Origin: Minisyncoccota bacterium
GTDB taxonomy: Bacteria > Patescibacteriota > Minisyncoccia > UBA6257 > 02-FULL-45-10c
DNA: 64,000 nucleotides
Assembly: GCA_036517155.1 (NCBI GenBank)
Contig: DATDXY010000019.1
Span: forward strand, 9,913-73,912
Direction of reading: 5' to 3'
Shown here: one piece after another, positions 27,903 through 37,802 of the stretch
Position numbering within the stretch: the stretch's first letter is position 1
Layout: every line of letters begins with the position of its first letter
The notes under the pieces: model-generated
Database searches by the model: none
The model's input: only the letters and a program-made list of their open reading frames with translations
Told to the model about the DNA's origin: nothing
Position numbers and translations under genes: made by a program

Positions 27903-29969
27903 ATGGATCTGAATCGAAAACAATTTCAAATGGAATTTGCGGGTAAACCGCTGACTTTGGAGGTGTCCAAACTCGCTGATCAAGCCAACGGTGCCGTCCT
28001 CGGCACTTTTGGCGAAACCACCGTGCTCGCGACTGTGGTTATGAGTGGTCATAACAAAGAGGGTGATTTTTTCCCGCTGACCGTAAATTATGAAGAGAAA
28101 AACTACGCAATCGGAAGAATTCTAGGCGGCCGCTTTATGAAACGGGAAGGGAAATCTTCCGACGAAGCAGTCCTGACTGGCCGGTTGATTGACCGCGCGG
28201 TCCGGCCTTTGTTTGATGCCCGTATCCGCCGGGAAATCCAGTTAATCATCACTGTGCTTTCTTTTGACGGAGAAAATGATCCAGATTTTATCGGCTTATT
28301 GAGCGCTTCCACGGCATTGGGGATTTCCGACATTCCCTGGAACGGACCAGTAGCCGGAGTGCAGATTAAAAAAGATAAAGTTTTTAACGCCTTTGTGTCC
28401 GGCACGAAAGAACGAATCAACATGATTGAAATGGAAGGCGACGAAGCAAACGAAGCGGACGTAGTGAAAGCTTTTGCCGAAGCGCAAAAAGAAATTACCA
28501 AGCTGGTGGAATTCCAAGAAGGAATTATCAAAAAAATCGGCAAAACCAAATCCGCCGTGGAACTGGCCGAACCGGAGGCAAAATTAGTCAAAGACGTACA
28601 GCACTTTTTGAAAGATAAATTGGAAGCTGCGATTTATGTTTCCGATAAGATGAAGATGAAACATAATCTGATTGATTTAAAAACCAAGTTTTTGGCATTT
28701 CTTCAAGAAAAATCCTACACCGAAGCCCAGCTGGTCACCGCCGACAGTTTATTTGAGGAGGAAATTAATAATCTAATTCACGAAAAAATTCTGAAAGAAG
28801 AAAAACGCCCAGACGGACGCAAACTCAATGAACTCCGTGAACTTCACGCCGAAGTAGGTTTATTAAAACGACTCCATGGCTCCGCATTATTTGTCCGCGG
28901 CAATACCCAAGCGCTGGCCATCACCACTCTGGGCGGACCGGGCGATCAGCAATTAATGGAAACGATGAAATTTTCCGGCAAGAAACGGTTTTTACTCCAT
29001 TATAATTTTCCTCCGTTTTCTGTAGGAGAAATCAAACCAATTCGCGGTCCGGGCCGGCGAGAAATCGGCCATGGCGCCCTGGCGGAAAAAGCGCTCCGCG
29101 CTGTTTTGCCGACTTCGGAACAATTCCCGTATACAATTCGTTTGGTTTCGGAAATTTTATCCTCCAACGGATCTTCTTCCATGGCGACAGTTTGCGCCGG
29201 AAGCTTGTCGTTGATGGATGCTGGCGTGCCAATTCGCAAACCCGCCGCTGGAATCGCGATGGGTTTAATGCTGGACGAAAAAGGAAATGATTTCAAAGTA
29301 CTGACCGATATTCAAGGACCGGAAGATCATCATGGCGATATGGATTTCAAAGTGGCGGGCACGGACAGCGGTGTAACCGCTATCCAATTGGATGTAAAAA
29401 TCAACGGCATCACTTCGGAAATGATTGAAAAAACTTTGCTGCAAGCGAAAGAAGCGCGATTGCAAATTTTGAATGTACTCACCAAAGCTTTAGCCGCTCC
29501 GCGTCCGGAACTTTCTCCGCTCGCGCCGAGCATTCTCACTTTGCAAATTGATCCGCTGCAAATTGGCGAAGTTATCGGTCCCGGCGGAAAAATGATTAAT
29601 GAAATTATTGATACGACCGGCGTCACTTCCATTGATATTGAAGAAGACGGAAAAGTATTTATCACCGCGCCTAGCCAAGCCACCGGGAAATTGGCGCTGG
29701 AACGAATCCAGTCCATGACCAAAATGTATTCTATCGGCGACATCGTGGAAGGGGAAGTGGTAAAACTACTGGAATTCGGCGCTATCGTGGAATTCGCTCC
29801 GGGCCGCGACGGCATGGTGCACATTTCCGAAATCAAAGACGGATTCGTAAAAAAAATTGATGACGTGATTAAAGTGGGGGACTTTGTCCGCGCCAAAATC
29901 ATCAAAGCCGAAAACGGCAAAATCGGGCTTTCTATAAAAGCTCTCTCGCAACAGGATTTAGTAAAATAA
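27903..29969 (+). CDS. pnp: Polyribonucleotide nucleotidyltransferase (PNPase)
   Basis: RREIGHGALA, SNGSSSMA, GDMDFKVAGT, KH and S1 domains. Confidence 0.97.
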   Translation: MDLNRKQFQMEFAGKPLTLEVSKLADQANGAVLGTFGETTVLATVVMSGHNKEGDFFPLTVNYEEKNYAIGRILGGRFMKREGKSSDEAVLTGRLIDRAVRPLFDARIRREIQLIITVLSFDGENDPDFIGLLSASTALGISDIPWNGPVAGVQIKKDKVFNAFVSGTKERINMIEMEGDEANEADVVKAFAEAQKEITKLVEFQEGIIKKIGKTKSAVELAEPEAKLVKDVQHFLKDKLEAAIYVSDKMKMKHNLIDLKTKFLAFLQEKSYTEAQLVTADSLFEEEINNLIHEKILKEEKRPDGRKLNELRELHAEVGLLKRLHGSALFVRGNTQALAITTLGGPGDQQLMETMKFSGKKRFLLHYNFPPFSVGEIKPIRGPGRREIGHGALAEKALRAVLPTSEQFPYTIRLVSEILSSNGSSSMATVCAGSLSLMDAGVPIRKPAAGIAMGLMLDEKGNDFKVLTDIQGPEDHHGDMDFKVAGTDSGVTAIQLDVKINGITSEMIEKTLLQAKEARLQILNVLTKALAAPRPELSPLAPSILTLQIDPLQIGEVIGPGGKMINEIIDTTGVTSIDIEEDGKVFITAPSQATGKLALERIQSMTKMYSIGDIVEGEVVKLLEFGAIVEFAPGRDGMVHISEIKDGFVKKIDDVIKVGDFVRAKIIKAENGKIGLSIKALSQQDLVK

Positions 29970-30010
29970 TAAGTTAGTCGCTCTGTCTGTGCGCCTACCG
30001 GCAATGGTGG

Positions 30011-30175
30011 TTAATTAAAATATTTTAATTAAAGCGAGTTAATCTTTTGTCCGAAACCCAATGAGCCGGAGCGGGCATGGTGTCCCGAGCTTGCCGAGGG
30101 ACGAGCGAGGCGAAGATAAGCAAGCTCACTCGCTGGGTGAGCGCAGCGGGTTGAGGGAAAAAGATTAGCGAGCGA
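30011..30175. repeat. Structured GC-rich intergenic palindromic element (REP/MITE-like)
   Basis: Outer arms GTTAATCTTTT/AAAAGATTAGC; inner hairpins GTCCC..GGGAC and GCTCAC..GTGAGC; preceded by a 22 bp AT palindrome. Confidence 0.55.
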
Positions 30176-30223
30176 AAATGTTATCCACAACTTATTCAGC
30201 ATCATTGTGCTAGAATAAAAGGC

Positions 30224-31348
30224 ATGGATACTACACCAAACCAAGGGAATTGGCCGAATTTATCCAATCAGGATAATCGTCCAAAACCGCCTCCGCCTCC
30301 GCCACCGGAAATCACGCTTAGGACTTTGAAATCTGACGTGGAATCAGTAAAACAAACCGGTGGTTCCAGTCCAACGCCGCGGCCGTTTACTCCGCCAGAA
30401 ATAAAAAATACTCCAATCAGTGGATCTATCCCGCCAATTAATCTTCCAGTTCAAGGAGGATCATCAGTTCCACTGCCGCCACAACGACCACCCGTTGGCA
30501 CTGCCCAATCCTTTCCGTCCAGAACCGTTTCTCCAGAACAATTTTCTAAAAATGACGGTCTGCAAAAACCAGCTAGTCTTGCTACTCCGCTTTTATCCGG
30601 TAAAAAAGCCAGTAAAACTAAAATAATATTATTAGTGATCGGCTTGGTAATCATCGGCGTAGGCGCTGCTTTGCTTGGTTATTTTATTATTTTCCCAGCG
30701 CTGTTTCCGCCAAAAACAGATGAACCTATTACTACTAATGAAATGCCGCAAACCGAATTACCGGTTTTCACCGAACAACCCATTACATCGGAACCAACTC
30801 GGTCTGTGTTTACCCATCAATCTTTACTCACTACCAGCGATGGTACAATCGACGCAACGCTAAGTTCCGTTAATGCCGGAAGTATTGCCCAAACTCTTTC
30901 TCAAGAAGCGCAACGTATTGCTTCTCCGGGAGCGTTTTTGGAAATTCTTATTAAAGATCCGATTGGTTCGGTGCCAGCGCCGTCTTTCCTGTCTGCGCTT
31001 TTTCCAGACATTACAACATTCGCCAGCGATATAGAAAACGACTTCACGCTAGCAATGTATTATGACGAAAATGGCGCGTGGCCGGTGTATGTATTTAAAA
31101 TAAAATCTTCCGGAAATACTGCTAATCTTTCTCAGTCACTGGAAGCTTCACCAAATCTTACAAAATTATTTGCAAACGCTCCAGGAACTCCGACAACTTT
31201 CCAATCGGGACAAATTGGAACAGTCAGTACGCGCTACTTAAGCTATTCCCAAAAAGGCGCGTCACTGAACATCGGAACTAAAGGAAATACTTTTATAGTC
31301 AGCACTAGTTTCAACGCTCTCAAAAATAATATTAGTAAGATAAAATAA
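30224..31348 (+). CDS. Proline-rich single-TM membrane protein
   Basis: Poly-Pro N-terminus, ITLRTLKSD motif, central TM helix. Confidence 0.75.
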   Translation: MDTTPNQGNWPNLSNQDNRPKPPPPPPPEITLRTLKSDVESVKQTGGSSPTPRPFTPPEIKNTPISGSIPPINLPVQGGSSVPLPPQRPPVGTAQSFPSRTVSPEQFSKNDGLQKPASLATPLLSGKKASKTKIILLVIGLVIIGVGAALLGYFIIFPALFPPKTDEPITTNEMPQTELPVFTEQPITSEPTRSVFTHQSLLTTSDGTIDATLSSVNAGSIAQTLSQEAQRIASPGAFLEILIKDPIGSVPAPSFLSALFPDITTFASDIENDFTLAMYYDENGAWPVYVFKIKSSGNTANLSQSLEASPNLTKLFANAPGTPTTFQSGQIGTVSTRYLSYSQKGASLNIGTKGNTFIVSTSFNALKNNISKIK

Positions 31349-31351
31349 GAA

Positions 31352-31390
31352 AATAAAAAATTCTCGATAATTTATCGGGGATTTTTTATT
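31352..31390. terminator. Bidirectional terminator
   Basis: AATAAAAAATTCTCGATAA/TTATCGGGGATTTTTTATT between convergent genes. Confidence 0.7.
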
Positions 31391-32930
31391 ATTGCGCTTC
31401 TTTCAACCGATATTGAAAGGCCTCGGCTAAATGATCAATAGTTACTCGCGGGGTAACCGATAAATCGGCAATGGTTCGAGCGGTTTTCATGATTCGATAA
31501 TAACTGCGAGCGGATAATAACGCTTTTTCACTCATTTGTTTCAAAAATTGTTTCGCTGGCGTATCCAAATCGATAATGACTTCGCATTGTTTGGAGCTCA
31601 TTTCCGAATTGGTCAATACAGAAATACCCGCTCGTTTGAATCGTTCTTTTTGTAGTTCCCGCGCGGCGATTATTCTGTTCCGCAACGCATCCGATTCCAA
31701 ATACTTGCTGGAGGTGGCTTGCAATTGCTCAATTTTTACCCGAGGCACGGTTACCTGAAGATCAATTCGATCTAGTAAGGGACCGGATACTTTCTTTTGA
31801 TATCGCAATACTTCAAAAGCATTGCAACGGCATTCTTTTTCTTCATCGCCATAATAGCCGCACGGACAGGGATTCATTGCCGCCGCAAGCATAAAGCGCG
31901 CCGGGAAAACCACATTATCTTTTACTCGGGACACCACTACTCGCCCGCTTTCCATTGGCTGGCGTAGCGCTTCCAATAAATCTCGGCGGAATTCCGGAAG
32001 TTCGTCCAGAAACAATACTCCCCGATGCGCTAGGCTCACTTCTCCCGGACGCGGATGCTGTCCGCCACCGATAATCGCTGCCGAGGAAGCAGTTTGGTGC
32101 GGGGAGCGAAACGGTCGCCAAGCGATAAATGGATGTAAATTCAATAATCCGGCGGCGCTATAGATTTTTGTGATCTCAATAATTTCTTCGCTTTGCGGCG
32201 GCGGCAACAGCGAAGCCAGCGCTTGCGCTAGCATGGTTTTACCCGATCCTGGACTACCCTGCATTAATAAATTGTGGCCGCCCGCGGCAGCAATCATCAA
32301 CGACCGCTTGGCATGTTCTTGCCCTTTGATTTCCGCAATATCCACAAAAGATTCTTGCATACGAGTATGCTGGGAAAGATCCGTGGCAGATTGAGGAATG
32401 ATGATTTGGCGTCCCTCTAGATGATCAATTAATTCTCTCAGAGTACGAACAGGGAAAACGGTAACGCCGGAAATAATCGCCGCTTCCGCGGCATTGTCTG
32501 CCGGAACAAATAATTCCTTTATCCGAGAACGTTTGGCCATCTCTGCCATATTCAGCGTTCCGCTGACGCCTCGGACATTGCCGTTTAATGCTAGCTCGCC
32601 GATAAAAAGCGCTCGATCGGAATCAAAATCTTTAATCTGCTGGCTGGCAAGCAAATAACCGAGCGCAATCGCTAAATCATAATGCGAGCCGGATTTTTTC
32701 ACATCCGCCGGGGCAAGATTTACCACGATTTTCCGATTTTCTTTCGTCGGCGGTTTCACGCCGATATTTTTGAGCGCCGAACTTACCCGCTCTTTCGCTT
32801 CCGACACTGCTTTATCCGCCAAACCCACAATCGTAAAACTATGAAGACCGACGTTGATGTCGGTCTCAATTTCAATTCGCTTTGCCTCAATGCCGTCAAT
32901 CGCTGCGGAAAATACTTTTGCGACGCTCAT
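31389..32930 (-). CDS. comM: YifB/ComM Mg-chelatase-like AAA+ ATPase
   Basis: VNLAPAD..KSGSHYDLAIA, GSPGSGKT, PGEVSLAHRGVLFLDE, AMNPCPCG. Confidence 0.93.
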   Translation of the reverse strand: MSVAKVFSAAIDGIEAKRIEIETDINVGLHSFTIVGLADKAVSEAKERVSSALKNIGVKPPTKENRKIVVNLAPADVKKSGSHYDLAIALGYLLASQQIKDFDSDRALFIGELALNGNVRGVSGTLNMAEMAKRSRIKELFVPADNAAEAAIISGVTVFPVRTLRELIDHLEGRQIIIPQSATDLSQHTRMQESFVDIAEIKGQEHAKRSLMIAAAGGHNLLMQGSPGSGKTMLAQALASLLPPPQSEEIIEITKIYSAAGLLNLHPFIAWRPFRSPHQTASSAAIIGGGQHPRPGEVSLAHRGVLFLDELPEFRRDLLEALRQPMESGRVVVSRVKDNVVFPARFMLAAAMNPCPCGYYGDEEKECRCNAFEVLRYQKKVSGPLLDRIDLQVTVPRVKIEQLQATSSKYLESDALRNRIIAARELQKERFKRAGISVLTNSEMSSKQCEVIIDLDTPAKQFLKQMSEKALLSARSYYRIMKTARTIADLSVTPRVTIDHLAEAFQYRLKEAQ

Positions 32931-32934
32931 TGAT

Positions 32935-33279
32935 TTACTTTTGTTTTTGCTTGCACGCCTGACAGAGACGCGATTCCGGATTGATTTTCAATACTCTAGC
33001 GTCAATTATATCGCTGCATTCTTCGCATACGCCGTAAGTGCCTTTAGTAATTTTATCTAACGCGTGTTCAATGGCTTCTAAACGCTCTTTCAGCACTTCT
33101 TGGACGCTTAAATTAGTTGCTGTCTCTTCCGCCTCGTCCGCTTCTTCGGAAAAATCGCTTTCCACGTCATCACCAAAGTTTTTGGTCTTTTTTTCATTCT
33201 TTAACTGCGCTTCAATATCGCCAGCTTCCCGTTCCAGTTGTTCTTTATATAAAGACAAATCTTTATCGGAAATTTTCAT
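32935..33279 (-). CDS. DksA/TraR C4 zinc-finger protein
   Basis: EEADEAEE coiled-coil tip; GTYGVCEEC...RLCQAC. Confidence 0.88.
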   Translation of the reverse strand: MKISDKDLSLYKEQLEREAGDIEAQLKNEKKTKNFGDDVESDFSEEADEAEETATNLSVQEVLKERLEAIEHALDKITKGTYGVCEECSDIIDARVLKINPESRLCQACKQKQK

Positions 33280-33302
33280 ATCTTTACTTTACCATTCCAA
33301 TA

Positions 33303-34316
33303 TTATTTCGCAAATGGGTTCCTAGCTCCCACAATTTCAAAATGTAAGTGGCAGCCGGTTGGACCGTGCGTGTTGCCGGTATTGCCAATAATTGCAATTT
33401 GATCGCCTTTCACCACATAATCGCCAATAGAAACGATATTTTTTTGATTGTGCGCGTATTTCGTTTTCGTGCCATTAGGATGTTCTAGTACGACATATCG
33501 GCCATAGCCGCCATTCCAGCTATCGTCCGAGGATTCAATCACTAATCCTTCCGCGGCGGCATATACTGGCGTGCCACAGGCATTAGCAATATCTACCGCA
33601 TTGTAATTGTGCAATCGTCCCCAATTCCAACCGGTGGTGGGAATTGCAAAATAGCCTATTAAGTTAGGCAAATCAGAAATGAGCGAGGTTTTCGCGTTTC
33701 GCAATGGTTTGCCATCAGGAATGATAATGGTCGCTCCCGTAACCCATTGAGTAGTTAATCCTTTATTAAATTGGGAGATTTTTTCCGCCGATATGCCATA
33801 TACTTGCGCAACCGATTCCGGAGTTTCGTCCGATTGCACCTGATGCAAAACGCCATTCACCGGCAAAATCACCACCTCTTGGCCCGGCGTGAGAATGGTA
33901 TTTTTCAGATTCGGATTGGCCCAAAAAAGCGTGTTGACGGAAATACCGAAATTCGCCGCGATTTTAGATAAGTTATCGCCGGATTGAATTTTATACACTA
34001 ACAAACCATTGCGGGAGGGGATGACGTTGCTTAATGGATTATTAGCGTTTAGCAAAGCCGTACTATCAATGATGATGAAATTAATTTGATCATTATAAGA
34101 TTCACTCACCGTGTCTTCGGAAATAAAGGCATTGCCGCCAGCATCATTTTGGGCGGATACTTCTTGAATTAATTCCCGAAAAGGAAAAGAATTCTGACCG
34201 GACGGTTGCTCAAGGGAGGCTAAAAAGAGTACATTAAACACAGACGCGGATAAAATGAAAACAACCGTAAGGACGGTTGTAAATTCTTCTTTAACCCACT
34301 GCCAAATTATTCTCAA
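33303..34316 (-). CDS. LysM-domain M23 peptidase
   Basis: N-terminal TM, two LysM domains, HNYNAVD, YAHN, HLHFEI. Confidence 0.92.
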   Translation of the reverse strand: MRIIWQWVKEEFTTVLTVVFILSASVFNVLFLASLEQPSGQNSFPFRELIQEVSAQNDAGGNAFISEDTVSESYNDQINFIIIDSTALLNANNPLSNVIPSRNGLLVYKIQSGDNLSKIAANFGISVNTLFWANPNLKNTILTPGQEVVILPVNGVLHQVQSDETPESVAQVYGISAEKISQFNKGLTTQWVTGATIIIPDGKPLRNAKTSLISDLPNLIGYFAIPTTGWNWGRLHNYNAVDIANACGTPVYAAAEGLVIESSDDSWNGGYGRYVVLEHPNGTKTKYAHNQKNIVSIGDYVVKGDQIAIIGNTGNTHGPTGCHLHFEIVGARNPFAK

Positions 34317-34349
34317 TTTCGTACTGATAATTTACTAATAATACCACAT

Positions 34350-36155
34350 ATGAACCACTGGAGCAAACTGTCTCCCATTCAACGCCAAGCCGCTCAACAC
34401 GCTAACGGCCCGCTTTTGATTGCCGCCGGCGCCGGATCTGGAAAAACCCTCACCTTAACTAGCCGGTTATTCCACTTGTTGGAATCGGGAGTTGATTCGC
34501 AAAAAATTATCGCGATTACTTTCACTAATAAAGCCGCCAAAGAAATGGCGCATCGAATTCATGCTTTTGCTGTTGATGCAAAAATAAATTTTTCCGAACT
34601 GCCGTTTATCGGCACCTTTCATTCTCTTGGCGCCCGTATTTTGAAAGAAGAGGGGCATTTTTTCCAGCGAACCAATGGATTTACGATTTTTGACGAAGAA
34701 GACAGCGCCAACCTCGTCAAACAAATTATAAAAATAATGGATCTTCCGAAAGATCGGTACAGTCCGGCGATGTTGATTGGAAAAATTTCCGAAATAAAAA
34801 ATGAGCTTTATAATATTGAAACATTTGCGGCAACCAATAAACAAAATCAAGTGGCGACAGCAGTATTTCGCGCTTACGAAGCGATGTTAGAAAGAAATAA
34901 TGCGTTTGATTTCGATGATTTAATCACCAAAGTAGTTTTGGTATTGGAACAAAAACCAGAGGCGCTGGCGCTTTATCAAGAACGCTGGCAACATATTCTT
35001 GTGGACGAATTTCAAGACGTAAATACCAGCCAATACCAGATGATTTCTCTGCTCGCCCGCGCCCATCAAAATCTTTTTGTCATCGGTGATGACGCGCAAA
35101 GCATTTACTCTTTCCGCGGTTCGGACTTCCGTAATTTTCTCAATTTTTCCAAAGATTGGGAACGAGCAAAAATCATCAAACTGGAAGAAAATTACCGATC
35201 TACAAAAAATATCATCCGCGCTGCTTCGGAATTGATCAAAAAGAATACCCTGCAAACGCCGAAAGATTTATGGACTAACAATCCGGAGGGTTCGCTCATC
35301 CGCGTCACCGCTTTTCGTAATGGCGAAGAGGAAGCGTGGGGGATCGGGGAAAAAATCCAGGAATTGATCCGGACCGGCGAAGCGCTTAAAGACATTGCCA
35401 TACTGTACCGAACCAACGCGCAATCACGCGCCATGGAACAGGCCTGCATCCAGCAGGGCGTTGCTTACGAAATTTTTGGCGGACTCAAATTCTACGCCCG
35501 AAAAGAAATCAAAGACATCGTTGCCGGCTTGCGTTTTTCTCTGAATCCCAACGATTCCGTCAGCAAAGAACGGATTCTCAAAACTTTCAATAAGAAAGGT
35601 GGAGAAACCATACTCCGGGATTTGCCCAGACTCGGCGAAGAACTGCCAATCCACGAATTAATCCAATATTTTATTGAAAATACCAAATATGTGGAATATC
35701 TGGAACGCCATTTCAAAAACGTTCCGGAACGATTGGAAAACATCAAAGAATTAATCAATTTCGCCAGTTCGTTCAAAAATGGCCATGATTTTTTGGAAAA
35801 AGTCGCGCTGCTTTCCAGCGGCGATGGCCGACCAAAACTCCAGGAAAATGCGGTTAAATTAATGACAATGCACATGGCGAAGGGATTGGAATTCAAACAC
35901 GTATTTCTTATCGGTATTAACGAAAACCTAATCCCGCACGAACGATCGTTAATGAATAACGACGACCTGGAAGAAGAGCGGCGGCTGATGTATGTCGGCA
36001 TGACCCGAGCGAAAGAAAATCTGCACTTGAGTTTTTATGATTTGCCATCGCGATTTCTGGGGGAATTACCGCCGGAATTAATTGAATTCAAAACCGTGTC
36101 ACCATACCGGGAAGAAAATCGGGATTGGGATGAAGATTCAATTTATTTAGACTAA
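34350..36155 (+). CDS. pcrA: UvrD/PcrA-family DNA helicase
   Basis: AGAGSGKT, ITFTNKAA, VDEFQD, LEENYRST, AKGLEF, EEERRLMYVGMTRAK. Confidence 0.93.
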   Translation: MNHWSKLSPIQRQAAQHANGPLLIAAGAGSGKTLTLTSRLFHLLESGVDSQKIIAITFTNKAAKEMAHRIHAFAVDAKINFSELPFIGTFHSLGARILKEEGHFFQRTNGFTIFDEEDSANLVKQIIKIMDLPKDRYSPAMLIGKISEIKNELYNIETFAATNKQNQVATAVFRAYEAMLERNNAFDFDDLITKVVLVLEQKPEALALYQERWQHILVDEFQDVNTSQYQMISLLARAHQNLFVIGDDAQSIYSFRGSDFRNFLNFSKDWERAKIIKLEENYRSTKNIIRAASELIKKNTLQTPKDLWTNNPEGSLIRVTAFRNGEEEAWGIGEKIQELIRTGEALKDIAILYRTNAQSRAMEQACIQQGVAYEIFGGLKFYARKEIKDIVAGLRFSLNPNDSVSKERILKTFNKKGGETILRDLPRLGEELPIHELIQYFIENTKYVEYLERHFKNVPERLENIKELINFASSFKNGHDFLEKVALLSSGDGRPKLQENAVKLMTMHMAKGLEFKHVFLIGINENLIPHERSLMNNDDLEEERRLMYVGMTRAKENLHLSFYDLPSRFLGELPPELIEFKTVSPYREENRDWDEDSIYLD

Positions 36156-36166
36156 TCATTCACAGT

Positions 36167-36946
36167 ATGCGCGCTAAACTAGGACAACATTTTTTAATCA
36201 ACCGTTCAATCATCCAGAGAATTATCCAATCTCTGGTAACGCAAGCCGGAGAAACGATTATAGAAATCGGTCCGGGCAATGGCGCGCTGACGATTCCGCT
36301 GGCAAAAAATTGCGTAGCTAACAATTGCAATGTCATTGCCATTGAAAAAGATAAAGATTTGTATGCTCAACTTATCGGGCGGTCTTTGCCTAATTCGCAA
36401 TTGGTGCGCGGCGATGCAATAGAAGAATTAGCGAAAATAACCGAGCAGATTACCACGCCCTACAAAATCGTCGGCAATATTCCGTATTACATTACCGGAA
36501 AACTACTGCGAGCGATTAGCGAATTAAAAGTTAAACCCACGCTCTCGGTTTTGATGATTCAACAAGAAGTCGGGGAACGATTAAGCGCGCAACCACCGGA
36601 GATGAATCTCCTCGCCGCCGCCACGCAAATTTGGGCAAAGCCCCGGGTAGTTGCTCGACTGGAACCGAAGGATTTTAGCCCACCGCCCAAAGTCCATTCT
36701 GTAGTTATCGCCTTAGAGACCAAAACCAATCTCCCGACTTCGGCAGAACTCAAAAAATACTATGAGTGCGTCCGTATTCTTTTCAAACAACCGCGAAAAA
36801 CTATACTCAATAACCTGCGATCCGCATTAGAAATACCCAAAAACGAGCTGGAATCCATACTAGAGAAGCTCAATATTGATCCACTCGCTCGACCGCAAAC
36901 TCTCTCCGTGCCCACAATCAAACAACTTTCCGAGCTATTAACATAG
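36167..36946 (+). CDS. rsmA: 16S rRNA adenine dimethyltransferase
   Basis: LGQHFL, EIGPGNGALT, VGNIPYYIT, FSPPPKVHS. Confidence 0.95.
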   Translation: MRAKLGQHFLINRSIIQRIIQSLVTQAGETIIEIGPGNGALTIPLAKNCVANNCNVIAIEKDKDLYAQLIGRSLPNSQLVRGDAIEELAKITEQITTPYKIVGNIPYYITGKLLRAISELKVKPTLSVLMIQQEVGERLSAQPPEMNLLAAATQIWAKPRVVARLEPKDFSPPPKVHSVVIALETKTNLPTSAELKKYYECVRILFKQPRKTILNNLRSALEIPKNELESILEKLNIDPLARPQTLSVPTIKQLSELLT

Positions 36947-36979
36947 CCCCCTCCACACAAAGGATATATAATAAAGTAA

Positions 36980-37783
36980 ATGCTAATTAAGTTGTTAACC
37001 GCAACTGCGATTCTTGGCGTAGCTATAGCTAGCGCTTATTTGCTTATTCCAACCAGCGTCCCCGGGACACCAGCTTCGGCTAATTCAAATGAGATTCAAC
37101 AGAAAATCATTGGGGGGATGCCTAGAATAGAATCTTTACAAAATAATTCCAATCTTTCCGCAACGGCTCAACAAATAATTACTTCAACTCCAATAGGGGA
37201 ACAAAACCTTACAAATTCTCTAATCCAAAAAATACAAGAGAGTATTCGGGAGAAAAATCAAAGCGGACCGCAAATAGTAGGAGGACAGTCCACTTTTACC
37301 GCCACCGCTCCGGACAATCTCGCCCAACAAGCATTACAAGAAGCTACAACCAATCTTCCCGAAAATTCATTCCGACCGATTATTAATACCAATTTATTCA
37401 ATATTATTTTTGACAATAACCCAATCGCAATCCGAAATTATTTTGATCAATTTCAATCTATTATCAGTGCCGCGGGAGCGAAAATTCCAGGAATTGTATT
37501 GACTGATATACAGCAAATTACTAATCCGGAAATTCTAGTTCAGCTGATTAACGCGTATCGATCTGCGGCTGAGCAGTTGGCGCCAATTGATGTTCCATCT
37601 TCATTAATTTCTATTCACAAAAAAGAATTGGAACTTCTTGGCACCCAAGCCAATTTATTTGAACGAATCAGTAATTTTGAAATCGATCCCGCGGCGGCAA
37701 TTCTGGCAATCAATGAATTAGAAAACGTGAATGAAGAATTTATTGATCTGGGCGTAGAAATTAATGCTTTGTTTAAAAAATAG
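36980..37783 (+). CDS. Hypothetical membrane-anchored helical protein, first gene of T4SS-like locus
   Basis: 267 aa, N-terminal hydrophobic helix. Confidence 0.7.
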   Translation: MLIKLLTATAILGVAIASAYLLIPTSVPGTPASANSNEIQQKIIGGMPRIESLQNNSNLSATAQQIITSTPIGEQNLTNSLIQKIQESIREKNQSGPQIVGGQSTFTATAPDNLAQQALQEATTNLPENSFRPIINTNLFNIIFDNNPIAIRNYFDQFQSIISAAGAKIPGIVLTDIQQITNPEILVQLINAYRSAAEQLAPIDVPSSLISIHKKELELLGTQANLFERISNFEIDPAAAILAINELENVNEEFIDLGVEINALFKK

Positions 37784-37802
37784 TAAAAACTAGTTAATTT
37801 TT

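Noticed and set aside
29330-30004. Long antisense ORF in pnp, and similar shadow ORFs in tig, hppA, pcrA and others
   Set aside because: They have no motifs and are the expected antisense shadows of well-supported genes.
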